Shown piece by piece: positions 50,851-62,400 of a stretch of 64,000 nt of DNA (its first letter is position 1; the number at the start of each line of letters is the position of its first letter). The translations under genes and the position numbers were made by a program. Origin of the DNA: Eledone cirrhosa. Taxonomy: Eukaryota. The notes beneath the pieces are model-generated. The model was not told the DNA's origin. It searched no databases and saw only the letters and a list, made by a program, of their open reading frames with translations. The stretch lies in assembly GCA_964016885.1 (NCBI GenBank), contig OZ024742.1:368032001-368096000 (forward strand). The letters run 5' to 3'.

Positions 50851-53800
50851 GGTTTACTATGTTGTGTCAGTGAGAGAGTGGTTTACTATGTTGTGTCAGT
50901 GAGTGGTTTACTATGTTGTGTCAGTGAGTGGTTTACTATGTTGTGTCAGTGAGTGGTTTACTATGTTGAGTCAGTGAGTGGTTTACTATGTTGTGTCAGT
51001 GAGAGAGTGGTTTACTATGTTGTGTCAGTGAGTGGTTTACTATGTTGTGTCAGTGAGTGGTTTACTATGTTGTGTCAGTGAGTGGTTTACTATGTTGTGT
51101 CAGTGAGAGGGTGGTTTACTATGTTGTGTCAGTGAGTGGTTTACTATGTTGTGTCAGTGAGTGGTTTACTATGTTGTGTCAGTGAGTGGTTTACTATGTT
51201 GTGTCAGTGAGAGAGTGGTTTACTATGTTGTGTCTGTGAGAGGGTGGTTTACTATGTTGTGTCAGTGAGTGGTTTACTATGTTGTGTCAGTGAGTGGTTT
51301 ACTATATTGTGTCAGTGAGAGAGTGGTTTACTATGTTGTGTCAGTGAGTGGTTTACTATGTTGTGTCAGTGAGTGGTTTACTATGTTGTGTCAGTGAGAG
51401 AGTGGTTTACTATGTTGTGTCAGTGAGAGAGTGGTTTACTATGTTGTGTCAGTGAGAGAGTGGTTTACTATGTTGTGTCAGTGAGTGGTTTACTATGTTG
51501 TGTCTGTGAGAGACTGGTTTACTATGTTGTGTCAGTGAGTGGTTTACTATGTTGTGTCAGTGAGAGAGTGGTTTACTATGTTGTGTCAGTGAGTGGTTTA
51601 CTATGTTGTGTCTGTGAGAGAGTGGTTTACTATGTTGTGTCTGTGAGTGGTTTACTATGTTGTGTCAGTGAGAGAGTGGTTTACTATGTTGTGTCAGTGA
51701 GTGGCAGTGAGTGGTTTACTATGTTGTGTCAGTGAGAGAGTGGTTTACTATGTTGTGTCAGTGAGTGGCTTACTATGTTGTGTCTGTGAAAGAGTGGTTT
51801 ACTATGTTGTGTCTGTGAGTGGTTTACTATGTTGTGTCAGTGAGAGAGTGGTTTACTATGTTGTGTCAGTGAGTGGTTTACTATGTTGTGTCAGTGTGAG
51901 AGTGGTTTACTATGTTGTGTCAGTGAGTGGTTTGCTATGTTGTGTCAGTGAGAGAGTGGTTTACTATGTTGTGTCTGTGAGAGAGTGGTTTACTATGTTG
52001 TGTCAGTGAGTGGTTTACTATGTTGTGTCAGTGAGAGAGTGGTTTACTATGTTGTGTCAATGAGTGGTTTACTATGTTGTGTCTGTGAGAGAGTGGTTTA
52101 CTATGTTGTGTCTGTGAGAGAGTGGTTTACTATGTTGTGTCAGTGAGTGGTTTACTATGTTGTGTCAGTGAGAGAGTGGTTTACTATGTTGTGTCAGTGA
52201 GAGAGTGGTTTACTATGTAGTGTCAGTGAGAGAGTGGTTTACTATGTTGTGTCTGTGAGTGGTTTACTATGTTGTGTCAGTGAGTGGTTTACTATGTTGT
52301 GTCAGTGACAGAGTGGTTTACTATGTTGTGTCAGTGAGTGGTTTACTATGTTGTTTCAGTGAGTGGTTTACTATGTTGTGTCAGTGAGTGGTTTACTATG
52401 TTGTGTCAGTGACAGAGTGGTTTACTATGTTGTGTCAGTGAGTGGTTTACTATGTTGTGTCAGTGAGTGGTTTACTATGTTGTGTCAGTGAGAGAGTGGT
52501 TTACTATGTTGTGTCAGTGAGAGAGTGGTTTACTATGTTGTGTCAGTGAGTGGTTTACTATGTTGTGTCAGTGAGTGGTTTACTATGTTGTGTCAGTGAG
52601 TGGTTTACTATGTTGAGTCAGTGAGTGGTTTACTATGTTGTCTCAGTAAGAGAGTGGTTTACTATGTTGTGTCAGTGAGTGGTTTACTATGTTGTGTCAG
52701 TGAGTGGTTTACTATGTTGTGTCAGTGAGTGGTTTACTATGTTGTGTCAGTGAGTGGTTTACTATGTTGTGTCTGTGAGAGAGAGGTTTACTATGTTGTG
52801 TCTGTGAGTGGTTTACTATGTTGTGTCAGTGAGAGAGTGGTTTACTATGTTGTGTCAGTGAGTGGTTTACTATGTTGTGTCAGTGAGAGAGTGGTTTACT
52901 ATGTTGTGTCAGTGAGTGGTTTACTATGTTGTGTCAGTGAGAGGGTGGTTTACTATGTTGTGTCTGTGAGAGAGTGGTTTACTATGTTGTGTCTGTGAGA
53001 GAGTGGTTTACTATGTTGTGTCTGTGAGTGGTTTACTATGTTCTGTCAGTGAGAGAGTGGTTTACTATGTTCTGTCAGTGAGAGAGTGGTTTACTATGTT
53101 CTGTCAGTGAGAGAGTGGTTTTCTATGTTGTGTCAGTGAGAGAGTGGTTTACTATGTTGTGTCTGTGAGTGGTTTACTACGTTGTGTCAGTGAGAGAGTG
53201 GTTTACTATGTTGTGTCTGTCAGTGGTTTACTATGTTCTGTCAGTGAGTGGTTTAATATGTTGTGTCAGTGAGAGAGTGGTTTACTATGTTGTGTCTGAG
53301 AGTGGTTTACTATGTTGTGTCAGTGAGTGGTTTAATATGTTGTGTCAGTGAGAGAGTGGTTTACTATGTTGTGTAAGTGAGAGGGTGGTTTACTATGTTG
53401 TGTCTGTGAGTGGTTTACTATGTTGTGTCAGTGAGAGAGTGGTTTACTATGTTGTGTCAGTGAGTGGTTTACTATGTTGTGTCAGTGAGAGAGTGGTTTA
53501 CTATGTTGTGTCAGTGAGTGGTTTACTATGTTGTGTCTGTGAGAGAGTGGTTTACTATGTTGTGTCTGTGAGAGAGTGGTTTACTATGTTGTGTCAGTGA
53601 GTGGTTTACTATGTTGTGTCTGTGAGAGAGTGGTTTACTATGTTGTGTCTGTGAGAGAGTGGTTTACTATGTTGTGTCAGTGAGTGGTTTACTATGTTGT
53701 GTCAGTGAGAGAGTGGTTTACTATGTTGTGTCAATGAGTGGTTTACTATGTTGTGTCTGTGAGAGAGTGGTTTACTATGTTGTGTCAGTGAGTGGTTTAC

Positions 53801-56800
53801 TATGTTGTGTCAGTGAGAGAGTGGTTTACTATGTTGTGTCAGTGAGTGGTTTACTATGTTGTGTCAGTGAGAGAGTGGTTTACTATGTTGTGTCAGTGAG
53901 AGAGTGGTTAACTATGTTGTGTCAGTGAGTGGTTTACTATGTTGTGTCAGTGACAGAGTGGTTTACTATGTTGTGTCAGTGAGTGGTTTACTAAGTTGTG
54001 TCAGTGAGTGGTTTACTATGTTGTGTCAGTGAGTGGTTTACTATGTTGTGTCAGTGAGTGGTTTACTATGTTGTGTCAGTGAGAGAGTGGTTTACTATGT
54101 TGTGTCAGTGAGTGGTTTACTATGTTGTGTCAGTGAGAGAGTGGTTTACTATGTTGTGTCAGTGAGAGAGTGGTTTACTATGTTGTGTCAGTGAGTGGTT
54201 TACTATGTTGTGTCAGTGAGTGGTTTACTATGTTGTGTCAGTGAGTGGTTTACTATGTTGAGTCAGTGAGTGGTTTACTATGTTGTGTCAGTGAGAGAGT
54301 GGTTTACTATGTTGTGTCAGTGAGTGGTTTACTATGTTGTGTCAGTGAGTGGTTTACTATGTTGTGTCAGTGAGAGGGTGGTTTACTATGTTGTGTCAGT
54401 GACAGAGTGGTTTACTATGTTGTGTCAGTGAGAGAGTGGTTTACTATGTTGTGTCAGTGAGAGAGTGGTTTACTATGTTGTGTCAGTGAGTTGTTTACTA
54501 TGTTGTGTCAGTGAGAGAGTGGTTTACTATGTTGTGTCAGTGAGAGAGTGGTTTACTATGTTGTGTCAGTGAGTGGTTTACTATGTTGTGTCAGTGAGAG
54601 GGTGGTTTACTATGTTGTGTCAGTGAGAGAGTGGTTTACTATGTTGTGTCAGTGAGTGGTTTACTATGTTGTGTCAGTGAGAGGGTGGTTTACTATGTTG
54701 TGTCAGTGAGTGGTTTACTATGTTGTGTCAGTGAGTGGTTTACTATGTTGTGTCAGTGAGAGAGTGGTTTACTATGTTGTGTCTGTGAGAGGGTGGTTTA
54801 CTATGTTGTGTCAGTGAGTGGTTTACTATATTGTGTCAGTGAGAGAGTGGTTTACTATGTTGTGTCAGTGAGTGGTTTACTATGTTGTGTCAATGAGTGG
54901 TTTACTATGTTGTGTCAGTGAGAGAGTGGTTTACTATTTTGTGTCAGTGAGAGAGTGGTTTACTATGTTGTGTCAGTGAGAGAGTGGTTTACTATGTTGT
55001 GTCAGTGAGTGGTTTACTATGTTGTGTCTGTGAGAGACTGGTTTACTATGTTGTGTCAGTGAGTGGTTTACTATGTTGTGTCAGTGAGAGAGTGGTTTAC
55101 TATGTTGTGTCAGTGAGTGGTTTACTATGTTGTGTCTGTGAGAGAGTGGTTTACTATGTTGTGTCTGTGAGTGGTTTACTATGTTGTGTCAGTGAGAGAG
55201 TGGTTTACTATGTTGTGTCAGTGAGTGGCAGTGAGTGGTTTACTATGTTGTGTCAGTGAGAGAGTGGTTTACTATGTTGTGTCAGTGAGTGGTTTACTAT
55301 GTTGTGTCTGTTAAAGAGTGGTTTACTATGTTGTGTCTGTGAGTGGTTTACTATGTTGTGTCAGTGAGAGAGTGGTTTACTATGTTGTGTCAGTGAGTGG
55401 TTTACTATGTTCTGTCAGTGTGAGAGTGGTTTACTATGTTGTGTCAGTGAGTGGTTTACTATTTTGTGTCAGTGAGAGAGTGGTTTACTATGTTGTGTCT
55501 GTGAGAGAGTGGTTTACTATGTTGTGTCAGTGAGAGAGTGGTTTACTATGTTGTGTCTGTGACTGGTTTACTATATTCTGTCAGTGAGAGAGTGGTTTAC
55601 TATGTTCTGTCAGTGAGAGAGTGGTTTACTATGTTCTGTCAGTGAGAGAGTGGTTTACTATGTTGTGTCAGTGAGAGAGTGGTTTACTATGTTGTGTCTG
55701 TGAGTGGTTTACTATGTTGTGTCAGTGAGAGAGTGGTTTACTATGTTGTGTCTGTGAGTGGTTTACTATGTTCTGTCAGTGAGTGGTTTAATATGTTGTG
55801 TCAGTGAGAGAGTGGTTTACTATGTTGTGTCTGTGAGTGGTTTACTATGTTGTGTCAGTGAGTGGTTTAATATGTTGTGTCAGTGAGAGAGTGGTTTACT
55901 ATGTTGTGTTAGTGAGAGGGTGGTTTACTATGTTGTGTCAATGAGGGGTTTACTATGTTGTGTCAGTGAGAGAGTGGTTTACTATGTTGTGTCAGTGAGT
56001 GGTTTACTATGTTGTGTCAGTGAGAGAGTGGTTTACTATGTTGTGTCAGTGAGTGGTTTACTATGTTGTGTCTGTGAGAGAGTGGTTTACTATGTTGTGT
56101 CTGTGAGAGAGTGGTTTACTATGTTGTGTCAGTGAGTGGTTTACTATGTTGTGTCAGTGAGAGAGTGGTTTACTATGTTGTGTCAGTGAGTGGTTTACTA
56201 TGTTGTGTCTGTGAGAGAGTGGTTTACTATGTTGTGTCTGTGAGAGAGTGGTTTACTATGTTGTGTCAGTGAGTGGTTTACTATGTTGTGTCAGTGAGAG
56301 AGTGGTTTACTATGTTGTGTCAATGAGTGGTTTACTATGTTGTGTCTGTGAGAGAGTGGTTTACTATGTTGTGTCTGTGAGTGGTTTACTATGTTGTGTC
56401 AGTGAGAGAGTGGTTTACTATGTTGTGTCAGTGAGAGAGTGGTTAACTATGTTGTGTCAGTGAGTGGTTTACTATGTTGTGTCAGTGACAGAGTGGTTTA
56501 CTATGTTGTGTCAGTGAGTGGTTTACTATGTTGTGTCAGTGAGTGGTTTACTATGTTGTGTCAGTGAGAGAGTGGTTTACTATGTTGTGTCAGTGAGAGA
56601 GTGGTTTACTATGTTGTGTCAGTGAGTGGTTTACTATGTTGTGTCAGTGAGTGGTTTACTATGTTGTGTCAGTGAGTGGTTTACTATGTTGTGTCAGTGA
56701 GTGGTTTACTATGTTGTGTCAGTGAGAGAGTGGTTTACTATGTTGTGTCAGTGAGTGGTTTACTATGTTGTGTCAGTGAGTGGTTTACTATGTTGTGTCA

Positions 56801-56999
56801 GTGAGAGGGTGGTTTACTATGTTGTGTCAGTGAGAGAGTGGTTTACTATGTTGTGTCAGTGAGAGAGTGGTTTACTATGTTGTGTCAGTGAGAGAGTGGT
56901 TTACTATGTTGTGTCAGTGAGTGGTTTACTATGTTGTGTCAGTGAGAGAGTGGTTTACTATGTTGTGTCGGTGAGAGAGTGGTTTACTATGTTGAGTCA

Positions 57000-59480
57000 G
57001 TGAGTGGTTTACTATGTTGTGTCAGTGAGAGAGTGGTTTACTATGTTGTGTCATTGAGAGAGTGGTTTACTATGTTGTGTCAGTGAGTGGTTTACTATGT
57101 TGTGTCAGTGAAAGAGTGGTTTACTATGTTGTGTCAGTGAGTGGTTTACTATGTTGTGTCAGTGAGAGGGTGGTTTACTATGTTGTGTCAGTGAGTGGTT
57201 TACCATGTTGTGTCAGTGAGTGGTTTACTATGTTGTGTCAGTGAGAGAGTGGTTTACTATGTTGTGTCTGTGAGAGGGTGGTTTACTATGTTGTGTCAGT
57301 GAGTGGTTTACTATGTTGTGTCAGTGAGTGGTTTACTATGTTGTGTCTGTGAGAGAGTGGTTTACTATGTTGTGTCTGTGAGAGAGTGGTTTACTATGTT
57401 GTGTCAGTGAGTGGTTTACTATGTTGTGTCAGTGAGAGAGTGGTTTACTATGTTGTGTCAATGAGTGGTTTACTATGTTGTGTCTGTGAGAGAGTGGTTT
57501 ACTATGTTGTGTCAGTGAGTGGTTTACTATGTTGTGTCAGTGAGAGGGTGGTTTACTATGTTGTGTCAGTGAGTGGTTTACCATGTTGTGTCAATGAGTG
57601 GTTTACTATGTTGTGTCTGTGTGAGAGTGGTTTACTATGTTGTGTCAGTGAGTGGTTTACTATGTTGTGTCAGTGAGTGGTTTACTATGTTGTGTCAGTG
57701 AGTGGTTTACTATGTTGTGTCAGTGAGAGAGTGGTTTACTATGTTGTGTCAGTGAGTGGTTTACTATGTTGTGTCAGTGAGTGGTTTACTATGTTGTGTC
57801 AGTGAGAGGGTGGTTTACTATGTTGTGTCAGTGAGAGAGTGGTTTACTATGTTGTGTCAGTGAGTGAGTGGTTTACTATGTTGTGTCAGTGAGAGAGTGG
57901 TTTACTATGTTGTGTCAGTGAGAGAGTGGTTTACTATGTTGTGTCAGTGAGTGGTTTACTATGTTGTGTCAGTGAGAGAGTGGTTTACTATGTTGTATCG
58001 GTGAGAGAGTGGTTTACTATGTTGAGTCAGTGAGTGGTTTACTATGTTGTGTCAGTGAGAGAGTGGTTTACTATGTTGTGTCTGTGAGAGGGTGGTTTAC
58101 TATGTTGTGTCAGTGAGTGGTTTACTATGTTGTGTCAGTGAGTGGTTTACTATGTTGTGTCTGTGAGAGAGTGGTTTACTATGTTGTGTCTGTGAGAGAG
58201 TGGTTTACTATGTTGTGTCAGTGAGTGGTTTACTATGTTGTGTCAGTGAGAGAGTGGTTTACTATGTTGTGTCAATGAGTGGTTTACTATGTTGTGTCTG
58301 TGAGAGAGTGGTTTACTATTTTGTGTCAGTGAGTGGTTTACTATGTTGTGTCAGTGAGAGGGTGGTTTACTATGTTGTGTCAGTGAGTGGTTTACCATGT
58401 TGTGTCAATGAGTGGTTTACTATGTTGTGTCTGTCAGAGAGTGGTTTACTATGTTGTGTCAGTGAGTGGTTTACTATGTTGTGTCAGTGAGTGGTTTACT
58501 ATGTTGTGTCAGTGAGTGGTTTACTATGTTGTGTCAGTGAGAGAGTGGTTTACTATGTTGTGTCAGTGAGTGGTTTACTATGTTGTGTCAGTGAGTGGTT
58601 TACTATGTTGTGTCAGTGAGAGGGTGGTTTACTATGTTGTGTCAGTGAGAGAGTGGTTTACTATGTTGTGTCAGTGAGTGAGTGGTTTACTATGTTGTGT
58701 CAGTGAGAGAGTGGTTTACTATGTTGTGTCAGTGAGAGAGTGGTTTACTATGTTGTGTCAGTGAGTGGTTTACTATGTTGTGTCAGTGAGAGAGTGGTTT
58801 ACTATGTTGTATCGGTGAGAGAGTGGTTTACTATGTTGAGTCAGTGAGTGGTTTACTATGTTGTGTCAGTGAGAGAGTGGTTTACTATGTTGTGTCAGTG
58901 AGAGAGTGGTTTACTATGTTGTGTCAGTGAGTGGTTTACTATGTTGTGTCAGTGAGAGAGTGGTTTACTATGTTGTGTCAGTGAGTGGTTTACTATGTTG
59001 TGTCAGTGAGAGGGTGGTTTACTATGTTGTGTCAGTGAGTGGTTTACCATGTAGTGTCAGTGAGTGGTTTACTATGTTGTGTCAGTGAGAGAGTGGTTTA
59101 CTATGTTGTGTCTGTGAGAGGGTGGTTTACTATGTTGTGTCAGTGAGTGGTTTACTATGTTGTGTCAGTGAGTGGTTTACTATGTTGTGTCTGTGAGAGA
59201 GTGGTTTACTATGTTGTGTCTGTGAGAGAGTGGTTTACTATGTTGTGTCAGTGAGTGGTTTACTATGTTGTGTCAGTGAGAGAGTGGTTTACTATGTTGT
59301 GTCAATGAGTGGTTTACTATGTTGTGTCTGTGAGAGAGTGGTTTACTATGTTGTGTCAGTGAGTGGTTTACTATGTTGTGTCGGTGAGAGGGTGGTTTAC
59401 TATGTTGTGTCAGTGAGTGGTTTACCATGTTGTGTCAATGAGTGGTTTACTATGTTGTGTCTGTGAGAGAGTGGTTTACT
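57000..59480 (+). repeat. Local triplicated block (offsets 814 and ~1030; total 1844)
   Basis: Signatures at 57386/58200/59230 and 57062/58906, with shared TTTACCATG, GTGAGTGAGTGG and GTATCGGTG variants. Confidence 0.8.
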
Positions 59481-62400
59481 ATGTTGTGTCAGTGAGTGGT
59501 TTACTATGTTGTGTCAGTGAGAGAGTGGTTTACTATGTTGTGTCAGTGAGTGGTTTACTATGTTGTGTCAGTGAGAGAGTGGTTTACTATGTTGTGTCAG
59601 TGAGAGAGTGGTTAACTATGTTGTGTCAGTGAGTGGTTTACTATGTTGTGTCAGTGACAGAGTGGTTTACTATGTTGTGTCAGTGAGTGGTTTACTATGT
59701 TGTGTCAGTGAGTGGTTTACTATGTTGTGTCAGTGACAGAGTGGTTTACTATGTTGTGTCAGTGAGTGGTTTACTATGTTGTGTCAGTGAGTGGTTTACT
59801 ATGTTGTGTCAGTGAGAGAGTGGTTTACTATGTTGTGTCAGTGAGAGAGTGGTTTACTATGTTGTGTCAGTGAGTGGTTTACAATGTTGTGTCAGTGAGT
59901 GGTTTACTATGTTGTGTCAGTGAGTGGTTTACTATGTTGTGTCAGTGAGTGGTTTACTATGTTGTGTCAGTGAGAGAGTGGTTTACTATGTTGTGTCAGT
60001 GAGAGAGTGGTTTACTATGTTGTGTCAGTGAGTGGTTTACTATGTTGTGTCAGTGAGAGAGTGGTTTACTATGTTGTGTCTGTGAGAGAGTGGTTTACTA
60101 TGTTGTGTCAGTGAGTGGTTTACTATGTTGTGTCAGTGAGAGAGTGGTTTACTATGTTGTGTCAGTGAGAGAGTGGTTTACTATGTTGTGTCAGTGAGTG
60201 GTTTACTATGTTGTGTCAGTGAGAGGGTGGTTTACTATGTTGTGTCAGTGAGAGAGTGGTTTACTATGTTGTGTCAGTGAGTGGTTTACTATGTTGTGTC
60301 AGTGAGAGGGTGGTTTATTATGTTGTGTCAGTGAGTGGTTTACTATGTTGTGTCAGTGAGTGGTTTTCTATGTTGTGTCAGTGAGAGAGTGGTTTACTAT
60401 GTTGTGTCTGTGAGAAGGTGGTTTACTATGTTGTGTCAGTGAGTGGTTTACTATGTTGTGTCAGTGAGTGGTTTACTATGTTGTGTCGGTGAGAGAGTGG
60501 TTTACTATGTTGTGTCAGTGAGTGGTTTACTATGTTGTGTCAGTGAGTGGTTTACTATGTTGTGTCAGTGTGTGGTTTACTATGTTGTGTCAGTGAGAGA
60601 GTGGTTTACTATGTTGTGTCAGTGAGAGTGGTTTACTATGTTGTGTCAGTGAGTGGTTTACTATGTTGTGTCAGTGAGTGGTTTACTATGTTGTGTCAGT
60701 GAGTGGTTTACTATGTTGTGTCAGTGAGTGGTTTACTATGTTGTGTCAGTGAGAGAGTGGTTTATATGTTGTGTCAGTGAGTGGTTTACTATGTTGTGTC
60801 AGTGAGAGAGTGGTTTACTATGTTGTGTCAGTGAGAGAGTGGTTTACTATGTTGTATCAGTGAGAGAGTGGTTTACTATGTTGTGTCAGTGAGTGGTTTA
60901 CTATGTTGTGTCAGTGAGTGGTTTACTATGTTGTGTCAGTGAGTGGTTTACTATGTTGTGTCAGTGAGTGGTTTACTATGTTGTGTCAGTGAGTGGTTTA
61001 CTATGTTGTGTCAGTGAGAGAGTGGTTTACTATGTTGTGTCAGTGAGTGGTTTACTATGTTGTGTCTGTGAGAGACTGGTTTACTATGTTGTGTCAGTGA
61101 GTGGTTTACTATGTTGTGTCAGTGAGAGAGTGGTTTACTATGTTGTGTCAGTGAGTGGTTTACTATGTTGTGTCTGTGAGAGAGAGGTTTACTATGTTGT
61201 GTCTGTGAGTGGTTTACTATGTTGTGTCAGTGAGAGAGTGGTTTACTATGTTGTGTCAGTGAGTGGTTTACTATGTTGTGTCTGTGAGAGAGTGGTTTAC
61301 TATGTTGTGTCTGTGAGTGGTTTACTATGTTGTGTCAGTGAGAGAGTGGTTTACTATGTTGTGTCAGTGAGTGGTTTACTATGTTGTGTCAGTGTGAGAG
61401 TGGTTTACTATGCTGTGTCAGTGAGTGATTTACTATGTTGTGTCAGTGAGAGGGTGGTTTACTATGTTGTGTCTGTGAGAGAGTGGTTTACTATGTTGTG
61501 TCTGTGAGAGAGTGGTTTACAATGTTGTGTCTGTGAGTGGTTTACTATGTTCTGTCAGTGAGAGAGTGGTTAACTATGTTGTGTCAGTGAGAGAGTGGTT
61601 TACTATGTTGTGTCAGTGAGAGAGTGGTTTACTATGTTGTGTCTGTGAGTGGTTTACTATGTTGTGTCAGTGAGAGAGTGGTTTACTATGTTGTGTCTGT
61701 CAGTGGTTTACTATGTTCTGTCAGTGAGTGGTTTAATATGTTGTGTCAGTGAGAGAGTGGTTTACTATGTTGTGTCTGTGAGTGGTTTACTATGTTGTGT
61801 CAGTGAGTGGTTTAATATGTTGTGTCAGTGAGAGAGTGGTTTACTATGTTGTGTCAGTGAGAGGGTGGTTTACTATGTTGTGTCAATGAGTGGTTTACTA
61901 TGTTGTGTCAGTGAGAGAGTGGTTTACTATGTTGTGTCAGTGAGAGAGTGGTATACTATGTTGTGTCTGTGAGAGAGTGGTTTACTATGTTGTGTCAGTG
62001 AGTGGTTTACTATGTTGTGTCAGTGAGAGAGTGGTTTACTATGTTGTGTCAGTGAGTGGTTTACTATGTTGTGTCAGTGAGAGAGTGGTTTACTATGTTG
62101 TGTCAGTGAGAGAGTGGTTTACTATGTTGTGTCAGTGAGTGGTTTACTATGTTGTGTCAGTGAGAGGGTGGTTTACTATGTTGTGTCAGTGAGAGAGTGG
62201 TTTACTATGTTGTGTCAGTGAGTGGTTTACTATGTTGTGTCAGTGAGAGAGTGGTTTACTATGTTGTGTCTGTGAGAGGGTGGTTTACTATGTTGTGTCA
62301 GTGAGTGGTTTATTATGTTGTGTCAGTGAGTGGTTTACTATGTTGTGTCGGTGAGAGAGTGGTTTACCATGTTGTGTCAGTGAGTGGTTTACTATGTTGT

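Noticed and set aside
60755-60775. Single-base deletion (TTTATATG instead of TTTACTATG)
   Set aside because: It is a singleton and cannot be distinguished from a consensus error without reads.
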